From NCBI GenBank assembly GCA_030704615.1, contig CM060732.1, positions 73,408,001 through 73,472,000 on the forward strand: 64,000 bases of DNA. The letters are read 5' to 3'. Each line of letters opens with the position of its first letter. Within the stretch, counting starts at the first letter, position 1. The stretch is from Takakia lepidozioides. Its lineage: Eukaryota; Plantae; Bryophyta. Below are positions 49,334-62,800 of the stretch, piece by piece. The notes under the pieces were generated by a model, which saw nothing but the letters and a program-made list of their open reading frames with translations, was not told the DNA's origin and searched no databases. The translations under genes were made by a program, and so were the position numbers.

Positions 49334-51315
49334 GTTTGGATCCAAATTGAAGTTTATAGGCACTCACGAGTTTGATGGGCCTCTCTCCATCCCTTTGCCG
49401 ATTAGGTCGGTGTTAGTCGCATACCCTTAACTAAATGATATCATGCACAAATGTTTTTCTTTTATTGTAGTGAGATCCAAAGGTATAAGACTCAAACTAT
49501 GCTTTGCCAATTTTCACACTTACATTATATTCCACAAAACTGGATATACTATTGAGTCAATCATAACAGAATTGCTAAATCAGTAGTTCAATAACTTTCC
49601 AAAAGATGGACCCATTTAAGGTTTATCCAAATCTTGGGGGGCGATGACTCGTGCTATAATTCCCCCATCCAGTGAGAAGGCTTGGGGAGCTCGAACAAAA
49701 ACCCAACCCCAAGATGCAAACACAATGCAGAGGAATGAGCAAGATGAATAACTTGCAGGTCTAATGGGACTTTCTTTCTTTTTTGGAAGAGAGTTCGACC
49801 TCTTGTACATTGCAAGCTATTCTCTTTTCTACTTTGCATGTTGCCAGCAGAAATACATCATAATGACAAGCGAAACACTGATGGATGCAAGTCATGATTT
49901 CTTAATTTCCCTGCGTTACATCATGTTCAACACAGGAACACCCCATCAAAAGTACAACGCAATGGCAAAGGAGTTGCTATTCTATCAGTGATAAAAAATA
50001 GCCCCGTGGCAAAGAGCGCCTAAAATTAATTTGTTCTCGAGGTGCCCGTAATCCATACTTGAATTATCATCGTTTTCCAGTAGTAGATAAATGTAAACAA
50101 ACAATATATTGCTTGTCACAGAGCCTTCATTCGTCGAAGGTGGAGGCTGCTGATGAGAACCGTGGAATTGGCGCTGGGAATCACACCTGAAATACTGACT
50201 ATCCTCCTCTCACTTAGGTGCCGACTGATACCACAACGAAAGTCAGATTATGTAACACATATGGCAACCTCTAAGATGTCATATCATGCATGTACACCCC
50301 CACACCCACCAGCATCCAGACCAGACATTTAAATACCCTGGTACAAGCTAGAGGCCCATATATCCCACAGATAAAATTGGCCAACCTTCACCCTTCATAA
50401 AGCCCCCTTCCTAGTAGAAGAACATGAAAAGAACATAAGTTCACAGTACACCTACCCACCCTCGGCAGTACCCCACTAGGGAAGATGCTCTTCAGTACAC
50501 AGGCTATAGCTGCCATTCCCTCTCTGTGGCTCCCTCCCCACGAGACTACAGAGGTAGGATAATGCACTTCAGTGCATTTCACAAAGAGGAATAATCGCTT
50601 CGCCACCCGTTATATTGACTAAACTGTCCAAGCATTGAGGAAGTCGTCACAGCAGTCGTAGATGTAGATAAATGAGACGCATAACGAAGGATGACAGACA
50701 ACGGCATTGATCACACACTTGTGCACTCATACCAGCTAAGTTGGCAGTCAGCCAACTCAATGCTATCAAGACTCTCCCATGCTTGTGAAGCAGAGCAAGG
50801 GATCTTCTCAACCACATTAGTACTATGCTGCATACTAGTCTTCTGTCGCCGTTGCAGCTGAAAAGACTCCTGCAGGCACAACAATGAAAGCTGACAATAA
50901 TGTACAGTTCTGTTCCATACAAGGCTTATGTGGCATGAAAGACCATGTAATTCACCTTACAGAAACACCTTTTTGTAAAAAACTGCAAAATTTTGTTCAC
51001 CTTGGCTCCTTCCTGTCACCAGGAAGTCGTTCTGGCAAATCACGAGTTTGAGAATCTTCATGCCACAGTCTAAAAGACAAGGTGGCTGTAAGTATGGCTG
51101 CTTCTGCTACCTGTCTTGCTTCCTGCTCACACATCAGCAACTAGGTCTCATCAACTGCAAGCAGACCAAAAGATCCCATCTTTACACAAGTAAAGCAAGA
51201 GGGCATATAATCTCTTGGACGAACGCATTCATTCACAATGAACTGAAGACGAATTATAGTTTCTAGGATATTTATTGAAAAGTGCATAAATGTCCCACCT
51301 TTGGTTTGCTTCAAA

Positions 51316-54302
51316 TCACCCGCCAATGTGAATCATAGGCCTGTTCTGAGTCCGTGCCAATTCAAACATGCCAGTATGTGCTGCCTTTTTTCTCTTTACC
51401 TGCAGATATAATGCAACCGTCTCTAAATCGCCTGAAACATCCCACTCAACTAATCTTGTCTTTCACCTGACTTCCTCCATAGTTGCCGTCACACATATGT
51501 TGAATGCCTGAACCCCCTAAACATCAAGTTCGTACGATCTACAAAAGCACTATCCATAACATCAGGCATATGAAGAATACACTTCCACGTTCCTGTCCAA
51601 ACAAAAGCATTGGAATGTGATTTGCTCAATTGCAGTAAATATGGAACGGCACCCAATTATTAAACTAAAGAACCAGAAACTCCTGGATTTGATGTACTGT
51701 GACCTACTTTAGTCCACATCATGCCCAGACTGCATGTGGAAAAGGTATTAAAGAAAAGCCTGTCTAGACTCAGACCCAGGAAGAGAGACGTGGGGTGCAG
51801 CTGGAAGTAAGACATAACACCAACTACTATTCAGCGACTGTATGAAGAGCAGATGGCAATGAGCATACTGCATTGCTGATGATCTGCTGACTGCATGAGC
51901 ATACTGCATTGCTGATGATCTGCTGAAGTCCAACATCATCCATACCGCTGCGCATGGCGTCCGAGGCTAAACCTGAAAGCGAACTTGACATTCTTATCCC
52001 TCAATATCCACATCCATACACAAACAGGTCGTCAACAGAATCTATCAACTAACTTCTGTAGATCTAGTCACTAAGCTGCATAGACAAGGAGGAGAACCCA
52101 TTCTTTCACCATCCACATTGCCACACAAAAACCATGGCTAACTACGGATGCACCCTCACCTGGCCAATGCTAAACCAACCGAATAAGAGTGCTACATGGG
52201 TTGTTTGCACCCTCATTTCAGAATCTCACCCAGTATCACCACAAGGCAGTGGCGAAACTGCCATCAGATGGGACCAAAAGGTCAGTGAGTTGAAGCTTCA
52301 GGTGTAAACCATGAAAAGCCTGACTTATGTATATCAAAGTCATCCAGAATGGCTCAGTTGAAAAATACAGAAGTCCTACCTCAGAAGGGCCAAACAGGCA
52401 GACTTTGAGATTCCCATCGGCCATAAGGCGTAGTCGATTGCAGCCTGCACAGAAGTGCTCTGTCATGGAGGTAATAAAGGAGACTATGCCTTTGTAACCC
52501 TCCACCCGAAAATTCTTGGCAGTATCTGTAGGATGATCCTGCAGTCGTTGTAGACCTGGATACTTTTGCTTCTGTCACATACACAAAATTTCAAAAGTCT
52601 TCAGGCAGTCAGACACTGAGAACTGCATGTTGCTATCAGCACAATTAATCGTACAACATCGCGGAGATGAACCTCATAAATATTTTGACCTAGGTCATGA
52701 TTTGGGACTGAAATATGACATCATTGAGAGTATAGAGCCGTCTCAATCTCTATAACCAACCAAAATACCTAATCTATCCCATGGACTGCAAACATCTAAT
52801 GAGTACATCCCATCCCATGGACTACAAAAACTTGATGAAGTACCTTCTAACCAGTGAGCCTCTACCCCATAAACATTTATAGCTGTTCCGCACTATGAAG
52901 AATCATCCTACATTCTTCAGTATGAAAATGGTGGGGGAAATGGGACATTTTTTAAGCAACACAAACAGACTCGATACAAAACCACCCACACACTTCGAGT
53001 CCCATGGTACATACCACAGTAGTCAGCATTTCCATGTATGAGCCACTTCTTCTTGGAATTCCAGACATTGCCATCAAAGGGCATAAACTCAATAAAGCGC
53101 ACCTTGATATGCTTATCTCTTGTCATTTCCACAAAATCTCCAATCTCATCGTCGTTTAAACCCCGCATCACAACTATGTTCACCTGAAGATATTACAATA
53201 ACCAAGGTTTGTAGAAGCTTGCAATGAACTATCTACGATTTGTAGCTACAAACATTGTTAGAAAGCAATTGTGGAAATCCCTGAGACACAACTCAGAGAG
53301 GAAGTATGTGTGTCTAAATCAAAGTAGCACCAATCCTAGACACAAGTGAGTGTCCCAACATAATTCCAGACTTCTCAATCAGAAACTATAAATCCACTTC
53401 TACTTTTCATATGATGTAGGCAACCACATGGGGGTGTCAATATTTTTTTTTATTGAATCCTAGTTCTTACTTAATTTATACGTGCATAGTTCCTTCTATA
53501 CATTTTGTTTTGTGTCGCACATTTCAAGAATTTCCACTCTTGTTTGCACTTAAAAGCAAGTTAAGAATCAAACCTTAACAGGAGAGAAACCCTGTTCCAA
53601 AGCAGCCTCAATAGATTGAAGAACCTTGGAATGTCCCTTACGCCTGGTCAGAAACTCAAACTTGGCAGGCACCAATGTATCTAAGCTGATGTTTAGTTTA
53701 TTCAGTCCCACAGCCTTCAAGCGGGGAAGCTTACGTGCTAAAACAAGGCCATTTGTTGTCATGGCTAGAGTTTGGAGGCCTGGGAGAGTTCTCAATTGCT
53801 CACAGAGGTCCTCAATGTCAGGCCTAATGCTTGGCTCCCCACCTGTAAGCCTGATCTTATCTACACCTCCAGCCACAAATACACTTGCAAGCTCAACAAT
53901 TTCCCTCTGTGACAACAGCTCTGGATTTGGAGTTACCTCAACCCCTTCTGCGGGCATGCAATACTGGCATCGGAGATTGCAGCGCTCTGTAAGTGAGATT
54001 CTTAAGTATGTATGCTTCCTTCCATGAGAGTCTATCAACCTGTCCATCACCTGCGGTTCCTCCTCCAACCCTTCCCTTGACGTGACCACATCAGCTTGTA
54101 ACTCTGACGACACTGAAGAAGAAAATTCCCTTAAGCCCAAACCCCTTTGAAGCAAGGAGGCCCTCTGAACCCTAGTACGTGAATGAGTCCGACCGTCACT
54201 TCCCAGATACTTGCTGTAACCTTCCACAACATTGGAAGTTGTCTTTTCGAATGATAAACCATGGTACTCAGCTATGCATTGTATGTTTTGATTGAAACCC
54301 AT
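51316..54302 (-). pseudogene. CNX2: GTP 3',8-cyclase (MoaA/MOCS1A-type, Moco biosynthesis) with frame-disrupting lesions: pseudogene or assembly error
   Basis: Exons 54302-53574, 53183-53015, ~52569-52380, ~51972-51905 and 51399-51316. Radical-SAM motif [56 protein letters not shown] and C-terminal MIHIGG*. The 169-nt exon has a +1 shift near 53040-53047. The penultimate exon starts GTT TAG with a net -1 indel. Confidence 0.9.
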
Positions 54303-54710
54303 TCATCCTGCCAGCACAAAAGAGCAAACATTAATCCCAGACCATCCAATCAGGCAGGGATCACTCTCCTCACAGTTGTCACCTTACCTTATCTTTGCAT
54401 TCTTTCAATGAATTCAAAGGACTGATGCGTTAACAAGGTCTTTTCTCTCTACACTCATGTTTCCATGATCTATGATAAGTGGTCATAATGAAACCCTCTA
54501 AAACTTGCAACGAAGTACTGACCAGATCTGGAGATGGTTTGGCAGCATTGAAAAGCATTTGCAGGTGATGACTACAAGGGGAAACATGGAGGTAAAGCAT
54601 TCTCTCCAGATCAACAAACAGGGAGTGCTGCAGTCTCATTTTCACAACATAATTATTTAGTTAGGCCACTTCAATTTGGGTGAAATCTTATTAGAAAGTA
54701 ATCCAATAAC

Positions 54711-54751
54711 TGGGCCTGATGAGCTGCTTGGGTAAAGCGAAATATCGCTCA
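54711..54751 (+). ncRNA. Minimal type I hammerhead ribozyme motif
   Basis: UGGGC-CUGAUGA-GCU(gcuuggguaa)AGC-GAA-AUAU-C^-GCUCA: complete core, 5-bp stem I (UGGGC/GCUCA), 3-bp stem II, palindromic 4-nt stem III. Predicted cut after C54746. Confidence 0.62.
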
Positions 54752-54963
54752 TCATAACAACCCTTGCAATCCTTGACAGACACCAAAGGAGAAGCTTTGA
54801 GAGTTCAGGCCGGGAACCAACTTTTCATCTAGAGAATCATTGCTGTCTAACACCTTGCTAGTAGTGTCCAACTCAAACAAAGCAGGGAAAGTTACCAGGA
54901 TTGATCACATACAAATGAATCCATGTCTCTCTGTCTCTCTGTCTCGCTATCTCTCCCCCATCT

Positions 54964-55463
54964 CATGGATGACCTCAAGGGTCTACCCACTCTCGGCACT
55001 AGACTGAAATTTAAACTCAGGGCGGGAAGCCTACCTTTGAACAGCAAACAGAAGCAGAGAGGAAAGGGAGAGTGCAATTGCCCGTTGTGTGGGCAACCTG
55101 AAGACAATATTCATTTTCTGATTCATTATGTTCTCTCACCAGAGAGACGCTCTCTTCAAATCTATCAAGGGAAATGTGCTTGTACCTCTGTTTACCAACT
55201 TTGAAAGTCTTGAGGCTGAGCCAAAAGCCCAGGCCCTTTTGAGGCCTAGTTATTGGGCAAACCACACACACCAGGTTGATGCTTGTGTAACCGGATTTCT
55301 AGAGGAGATCTGGAAAACCCGGATCAACTGTTTATTCCAAGGCAAGTCTTTCTACCGGCGTCAGCCCCTGACAAAGGCAGGTTCTGTCCCTTTGTGTTCC
55401 GCTCAAACTGGGCGTGGGGTCAATGGCCACAAGGCTACGGCCAACAATGTCTTATGAGTACAT
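54964..55463 (+). mobile_element. Second 5'-truncated copy of the RTE-X-like LINE (500 bp)
   Basis: Closely matches the 3' part of 14210-15470 (DDLKGLPTLGTRLKFKLRAGSLPLN..ANNVL*). 14-bp TSD with 1 mismatch: TCTCTCCCCCATCT (54950-54963) / TCTCTCCCCCACCT (55464-55477). Confidence 0.92.
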
Positions 55464-57660
55464 TCTCTCCCCCACCTTTCTCCCTCCCAATCTCAACTAG
55501 CAGTGTCACGCGAGAACAGCATAGGGGTGTGACCAGCAATTTGCATCGACCACTCAATACCCTGTACCGGATTCTCGACCGTTGTGGAGCACTACGACCA
55601 TTTCGGGTTAAGTCACGTATACCCTGATGGGTTTCAACCGCTCGAGTATAGCCAACGTGCACTCTCTTTCTCTCTCTCTCAGGCGCCAGAGAGGAAGGCA
55701 AAGGGAAGACACGACAGATCGAATTACAATACACCCAAGACCTTGTTCATAAGCCAACGAACACTGAGAACCGGAGTAGCCTTCTAAGCGCAGTCAAGGC
55801 AGGGAGCTAGACCCACTCTCTGTCTCTCTCACACACACAGAATATTTACAAGTCCAACATGTCCATTAAAGCTATAATGTCATAGAAAGAAGAGCCACTT
55901 AAGCATATACTGTTGCACATTTTCCCCTTGGGCTCTACAATTGGAACTCAACTCTCAGTAGGGCCATCTCCGTGAGCAGAGCATGGCAGTCGCAGAAAAG
56001 TCCGTAAAATGAGGACAAGACAATCGCCCAAAAACTAAAAGGGCAAAGAAGTAGTAACGGCTTGAAAGAGTAAATATGCGTACATGCGGTAAGGCATGAG
56101 TAGTAGTAGCAGGACGTCCAGAACTCCGTGCAGAAACTGAAGTGAACCAGGCAAGCCAGCGTGTCCATCTCATGCTGCCTGAATCGCTCGGATCACACAG
56201 CAGTCATGGGGGACCAATTGCGGGGCAAAGTCTCCCATACCCAAGAGGAACCTCCGCCTCACGGAGCTTCTACTTCTGGGCTGCACAAGGAACCAGTCTC
56301 TCAATTACGCTAACTGCTAGCTTATGCAGCAACAATCGCAACGGTAGTAATGCCTACTACGCTTCTAAGAGGCTAAACGCTCTTCTCCCTCACCCTCCTC
56401 ACCCACATTCCATCTCCCCCTCCCTATAACTCCTTGACTGCGCACGTGCAGCGGGCTCCTTGCCCCCGCTCCAGTACCCCCTCGCCTACCTTTCACACTG
56501 TGTCTCACACCTGAATCTCTGGTGAAGATGCCCCTTCCCCATCATCGCCAATCCACATCGCTCCTCCCCACATCTCAACAGATTTGTCACGGAACAACAA
56601 GTCCACCCTCGCTTGAATACTAAATAGATCCTGACACGTGCTCGAGTTGAACGCCTCGGAAGGTCCACTGTCACGTTCCCCACCGAGCCTAACTCGCAGT
56701 ACATGACAAGTACCTTACCTCTCTCATGCGGATTGTGGCATTCCTAGCAATTTCATCTCTCTCTCCCTAATCTTTTCCCAACGTTACAGAGATTGGATGC
56801 CAGAATAGAAGACCCACAGAGAAGATGCGGGGATGGTGAGGAAAAATGCAAGCCCATAACTTGAAAGGCCTAGTGATGCTGATTTTTCCTTTGTATGTTG
56901 GAGACCTGTTATTTCATGGAATGCCCCATTTTCTTCTTGGATGTCAGCATCAAGCCCTTTCTGCTTGGGAATGGCCCCCACAGAGACCATTCTGGTGGGA
57001 AATCCGCATGTAGAATTTGAGTGAGCCCAAGTACCTAAAGGCTTAAAAAATGGGGCTAGAAACTAGAAACCACCATGAAACAATAATAACCCTATAGAGA
57101 TTCCGAGCCAAAGCTGGAGCCTTGGACTGTTGTTCCAGGCCCGCCTGCCCACCATAGGTTTGGCTATGTACCTACCACAGCAAAAAGAAACGAACCAAAT
57201 TCATGTTCATGTTCCAAATTCATGTTCCATAGAGGGCAATCCTATCAAGCAACAGCGTCCCTTTGAACCCTCCCAATGTGTGACAAAAAGAAGAAGAGGG
57301 TGGCTTCAAGGCGTAACTTATGGTGTCATTTGACCCCAAAGGACTACTGCCTTCTGTTTGGAAAGTTGGACACTTTATGTGTTGCAAAACGTAGCCTAAG
57401 GAGGCATGTCAATGTCCACCAATTTCCGATCAAAATGCTCCAATTTGATAGGGACTTCGTAGGGTAGTACCCTCCAGTGTATATGGAGTTTTCTTGGGTA
57501 TCAAGTATCAACATATCAACCCATGGTAGCATCACTGGTATGAAAAACCGACCTGGCTGATAGCCTATGAAGAGATCCAACACCTAAATGAGGAACACTA
57601 CCGTGCTCTATCATTGGACCAAAACAAATTCTAGTACTTGAGCCAATACCAGGTTGATAC

Positions 57661-58589
57661 CAGTGTTGGGCGGTTACCTGCCGTGACCCAGGTTGACCTA
57701 CGGTTCAGGTTAACCGGAACCGGGCCCATTCCTGCAGAACCTGACCTGGAACTGGAACCTGCCAATGGGGATCGGCATAGAACCGAACTGGCGGTTCGTG
57801 CTTGGTGGGCCCTGGGAATAACATGGCATAACCCTGGAGAGTCGGTGGCCCATGACAAAACTTCTTTAATGCTCTCAAGCTCCATGAGATCCTGGGTTCA
57901 ATGCTTGAAGGGCCCCATGACAAAACTTCTGTAATGCTCTCAAGCTCCATGAAATCCTGGGTTCAATGCTTGAAGGGCCCCATGACAAAACTTCTTTAAT
58001 GCTCTCAAGCTCCATGAGATCCTGGGTTCAATGCTTGAAGGCTGTGACATTCTATATTCAATGCTTCAACGCCATGAGATCTTGGGCTCAATCTCCAGCT
58101 CCATGATATCCTGGCTAAGTTCATTAATGAAAATGTTAGAAGGTGCCAATACTTGCCAAATACTTGAATAGTAATTTCAACCCATAAAATGTTACCCATT
58201 TTCTTCTACCAGTTTATTTAGAGTATTTTTGTTTTGGTTTTTTTTTTGTGTTAGTGAAAACTAATAAAATCGTTGGATTTTAGTTCAAATATGTGAATAC
58301 ATTGCTATTTAATCTCCCAGACTGATAAAATATTTTAAATCTAATTAAATTAATATAAATAAATAAATAAATAAATAAATAAAAAGAACCCGAACCTAAC
58401 CGGATCCGTGGTTTTTATCAGCAACTAACCGGTAACCGGAACCGCCCCCATGTTTAAAAGTTGGATCTGGAACCGGACCGGAACCGGCTCAATAAAAAAA
58501 ACCGGAACCGGATCCGAAACCGTCTCTTGAAATAATTGTGGAACCGGAAGCGAAGGTTCCTTCACAAATGCAAGAACCGCCCAACACTG
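57661..58589. mobile_element. Non-autonomous hAT element (929 bp) with internal ~65-bp tandem repeat
   Basis: TIR CAGTGTTGGGCGGTT / AACCGCCCAACACTG; TSD GTTGATAC / ATTGATAC; AACCGG subterminal repeats; three ~65-bp units at ~57849-58041. Confidence 0.92.
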
Positions 58590-59050
58590 ATTGATACCCA
58601 GTTAATACTAACCAGTTGATTTTGCCTAGGTATTGAGATTTTGACATGGTATTCAAACTTAATCCACTTGGTATCAAATTCAGTTTTGATATACTTGGAA
58701 CCGGCTGGTATTTTAAACTTTCAAAACCCACAAAAAACTTAGACCCTTCTGTTCACTATCGTTACTGTCCACCAAATTTCAGATCAAAATTCTCAAATAA
58801 GTTTGATATCGAGATGTCGTACCTGGGAGGGCCAGGAAGGCTCTCAATTATGGTTCAAAACGCTTTGTTAAGTCCGAGAAAATGGCCGACCATCTTCCTA
58901 ATACATGCCGCTAAGCTCTACAACCACATGACATAGTCCCGCATTTGCTTCTTGGCAAAAACAATCCCAATGGGCATCACCAAAAGTAAGCAGCCCAGCC
59001 ATCTGACTGCACAGAAAGTGCTACAAATCAGTTTAGTCCATCCACCCAAA

Positions 59051-59242
59051 CCCCTCTTGTCAACTCACAAGGGACCTGTCAAATCTCCCCCTCTTGTCAA
59101 CTCACAAGTGACCTGTCAAATCTCCCCCCTCTTGTCAACTCACAAGTGACCTGTCAAATCTCCCCCCTCTTGTCAACTCACAAGGGACCTGTCAAATCTC
59201 CCCCCTCAGGTCAACTCACAAGTGACCTGTCAAATCTCCCTC
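59051..59242. repeat. 37-38-bp minisatellite, ~5 copies
   Basis: ccctcttgtcaactcacaag(g/t)gacctgtcaaatctcc; unit starts at ~59054, 59091, 59129, 59167 and 59204. Confidence 0.95.
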
Positions 59243-59550
59243 CAGATGATGGTTTGTATGGTTGGCTTCCCAGGGTTCAGTGGCAAGGCCAGAATGGTCC
59301 GGTAGGCCAGGCCACATTGGCAAATGTGTTGCTATGAACAAAAGCCATGAAATAGTGGTAAAAGGGTGAGGTGGGTAGTGTGGGAAAGTGGGATACAAGG
59401 GAAGAGAGAAAGTGCAAAGAGATGGGTTTGGAAGATGAGAGAAGGGGGGGTGGAGGGTGACGAGATGGCTCTCTTTGGCTCAACGTGACAGTGTGAGAGA
59501 CTGGGCAGCGAGCTCACCCATCAATCCTGCGAGGCGCTTGGACGGAGACG

Positions 59551-59779
59551 ATGGCGATGCTGCCCACAGCCTCCGTGTGTGTGCCACTGCGGCAATCTCT
59601 TGTTGCAAAGGGCCCCCGTCTTGGTGCAGAGGCGCCGAGGGTAGCTTGCCCAGCGAATACGTCCAGGAGCAGAAGCAGAGTAACATGTCGTGTGAGCCAG
59701 GCCGTGCAAAAGAATGCCAAAATGGCTTTGCTACTGCCGCTAGCCGCCTGCACTATCCTCACAGCTTGGCCTGGCCACG
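59551..59779 (+). CDS. Probable first exon of a plastid (thylakoid-lumen) protein gene; remainder not found in window
   Basis: MAMLPTASVCVPLRQSL..SRSRSRVTCRVSQAVQKNAKMALLLPLAACTILTAWPGH|GTACAT: Ser/Arg-rich transit peptide, VxC cleavage-like motif and hydrophobic signal, then a GT donor in phase 1. Confidence 0.55.
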
Positions 59780-59899
59780 GTACATTCTCGATCATCCACC
59801 TCAAATTAGTTTGGGTATAGCTGGGAGTGGGCAGCTCTGGACAACTACTGACAATGCCTGTAAGTTAAAGACGAAACCTTAGAGTTGGGTGTTCTACCT

Positions 59900-62800
59900 T
59901 GGTCAGCCTGCACTATCTGATTAACCAGTACGATGTCGAAAGGTCCTACCCAAGTCGACAAGCTGAGACATGTATAGTCAAGTTTGTCTGGAAGAGATGC
60001 AGCATATGGAGTCCACTGGTGTTGAACTCTCATGCTTGCGTCCCCAAACCAAATCTTCAACGTGGAACCTGGAGTTCAATATTCTCGACTCCCCTGCTTT
60101 ACTGGTTGAGTTCAGACAGCATCAACAGTATTCAGAGCCATTTCTGCGCATACTGTTCCCCTACCTCCATTGGGAAGTGTTCTTTCTCTGAATGTGGGAT
60201 GATGCTGAGGCAGACCTATTGCTAACCCCTCTTGCTAGCGAGGCCATGTCAGTAAGGTCTACTACCTCTGGAGAATTCTCCTTGTTTCTGTCCTTTCTTT
60301 CTTTCCCCAGTGGTTGCTGTGCAAACTATAAACCAACATTTTTCTCATGTTGCCAAGTACTGTTCTAAGCAGGTTAGAGTGTGGTCCATTCTATATCAAA
60401 GAATTTGATGGTGAGGTTTGTCAGGTTTAATTTCACAGAACTTACGGGAATCCAGGTTCTGACTCAGATCCTTGTCTACTCAATTGCAGCTGAGGCTGGC
60501 TTGCTGTCGGGAAGTACAGGATTGGAGTCTATTCAACTGCCTTCTTTCCCGGGGCCTGATTTTATCAAGCAGATCCAAGGTATACTATTGGGTGAAGGTG
60601 CATATTTTTATTTGAAGGGAGTGAATTTGGGTGGTATCTAAGTCTGGAAGGAAAGAGGTTGAAAGGAAGATTGCATATGGCTGACATGTTGTTTTGAATC
60701 AGAGGCCAACAAAAAGAAGTACGCAGGCTTTGATGAAAAATTCAAGTCCTCCCCCTTGCTTCAAGACTTACTCAAGCGATCCAAAGACAATGCACAATTG
60801 TAATGTTCTGTCACTTCTCGCAGTGGTACATGTTTACCGTTTTTGCCTTTGTTTCTTAAAAGTGTGTGTGTATGAAAGGTGGTCATCATTGTATTGTCTT
60901 TGTGTACTCCTTTCTCCCTTTTTATGGGGGAGCTGGCAGCGTACGGAAAGGAAGTAGAGACATGAGATGGAAATTACAGGGCACATGTCACACTTGGTAG
61001 GTGGAGACTTGCAATGACTTGAGCCTTGGGGAGTGGAGGGAGTGGTTGTGTTCAGATTTATGGGACATGGTAACTGTTTGGTTATTTGCAGGCACAAGCA
61101 AGAGATTCAAGACAAGTACTGTGAACGAGGTGCTGAATGGGGTGTTGGTGATTGCTCTCTTGCGGGCTTGTCGCAAGCAGAAAAGGATGCCTTCATGGCG
61201 GCCTTAAGAAAGAAGTGATGGATTGAAGGTATTTGTTTGGGAAGAAGGCAGTAGCCATATAGGAGAAAGCTAGAAAGCTTCCACAATGGCATGCGTGGTA
61301 ATCATAGACTTCACTTTGTTCACCTCAAAGACTGCCAAGCACGTGGTTTGCCCCTTATTAGTCACCAGGTTTCGATGGCTCCACTGTACTTAAAATAGTG
61401 TGTTAACATGATCTATTTGAGATGGAGAGCGGTCTTCAGGCAAGCCCAGGCCGGGAAGTCAATGTAGGGCTTCTCCCCGATCCTGCAAATTATCCTCCTG
61501 GGGCCTGAATTTTAAGGGAGTTTGGTATCAATTGATGCTGTGGAAAGAAGCTCATGAGAAATTGGGAAGGCTATGGCCACTAGTTTCATTTCTACACCCG
61601 AGCTTCACCTGCATGCTCCCCTGTTGATCTCTAATCTTTCTGCCCCTCCCAAGCAGGCAGTCAATCGACACACAAAGCTGCCGCAATTTGAATCAACAAG
61701 TGGCATCACCCTTATCATTCCATCAAATTTTTAAGGACCATTTCTCGGGTATGCAAGAGCAAACTATGGTGTGTTTCTTGAAGTGAATGTGGAACCACTG
61801 AATCAGTGGAGGAATTTGAACCTCGAAAGTGGAGGAATACTGTGACAAAAATGTTAAACCATCCGGAAGTCAGGCTTCTGCCCTCAGATTCAGTGTTTAA
61901 TAGGGAACTCACAATGAAAGGAGCTTTAAGACTTAAGGGCTCAAATCAATTTTTAAGCCACCATTCCGGCGATGCCACAGATCTGTGGAATAGTTGGATC
62001 AATTGGAGTTTTCCATGCCTCCAGGGTGTAGTCAAAGATCAGACTATCTTCTCTTTCATTGAAGCTTGGTTTTATGTATGTGCCTATTGCTGTTGAATTG
62101 ACCGTCGGCGGGAGATTTCATTTACTCCATACGACTCCGATGTGTTGCTATCATTTTCAAAATCGATGCTACTTGTAATGCCATGAAGATTCACATGATC
62201 ATCTTTGTAGGAGTAGCCATTTTACCCAAGAATGCGATGACATAATTGATGTAGCTAGCGTTAGCATTACCTTCCACAAGTTATCTGCTTCTCCGCGTTG
62301 GTGTACCTCAGATGCTCTACAGGTGTATCATAAAGGATGATGGGTGTGGGTGGAGAATTTCTCCAGCTGCTGTTGGGCCTTATCAAGCTGCTTCAGCCTA
62401 TGATGGACCACGCCTTGCCACCTCGACATGCATTCCATCTGAAAATGTTCCCAACACCACAACGGCAAGTCCAATGTCAAATCAATTTCCAGTTCTGCAT
62501 TTTGCCCTGTATGCAGGGGTTGTGCACGGCCTGTCTGTTTTGATTTCCAGTTTTCCAGTCTATGGATCTTTTGGCAAGTTCACATATGAAAGTGGAAGTA
62601 TAATGCATCCAAATAGTAGCCTAGTTGTCACTATCATCCATTGTGTGGTGCAACCTTCTTGGCAAGATGATGAGGCACATGATAGACAAGTGCAGGAGTT
62701 AGTTCGACACTGAACAAAATTGTTGGCATCTCTTAAACAAGTATGCAAGTGTGCAAGTATGGGAGGTGTCTTTTGCAAGTACCAACATGGCTTGATGCAT

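Noticed and set aside
49600-51300. Bicistronic MOCS1A/MOCS1B-like arrangement (CNX3/MoaC downstream of CNX2)
   Set aside because: No MoaC motifs (MVDV, LIPxCH, GVEMEAL) found; the AG/GT-flanked segment at ~50733-50870 is more likely 3' UTR or noise.
59051-59242. 37-38-bp repeats resembling a CRISPR array
   Set aside because: Head-to-tail units with no unique spacers, no cas genes and a eukaryotic context: a minisatellite.
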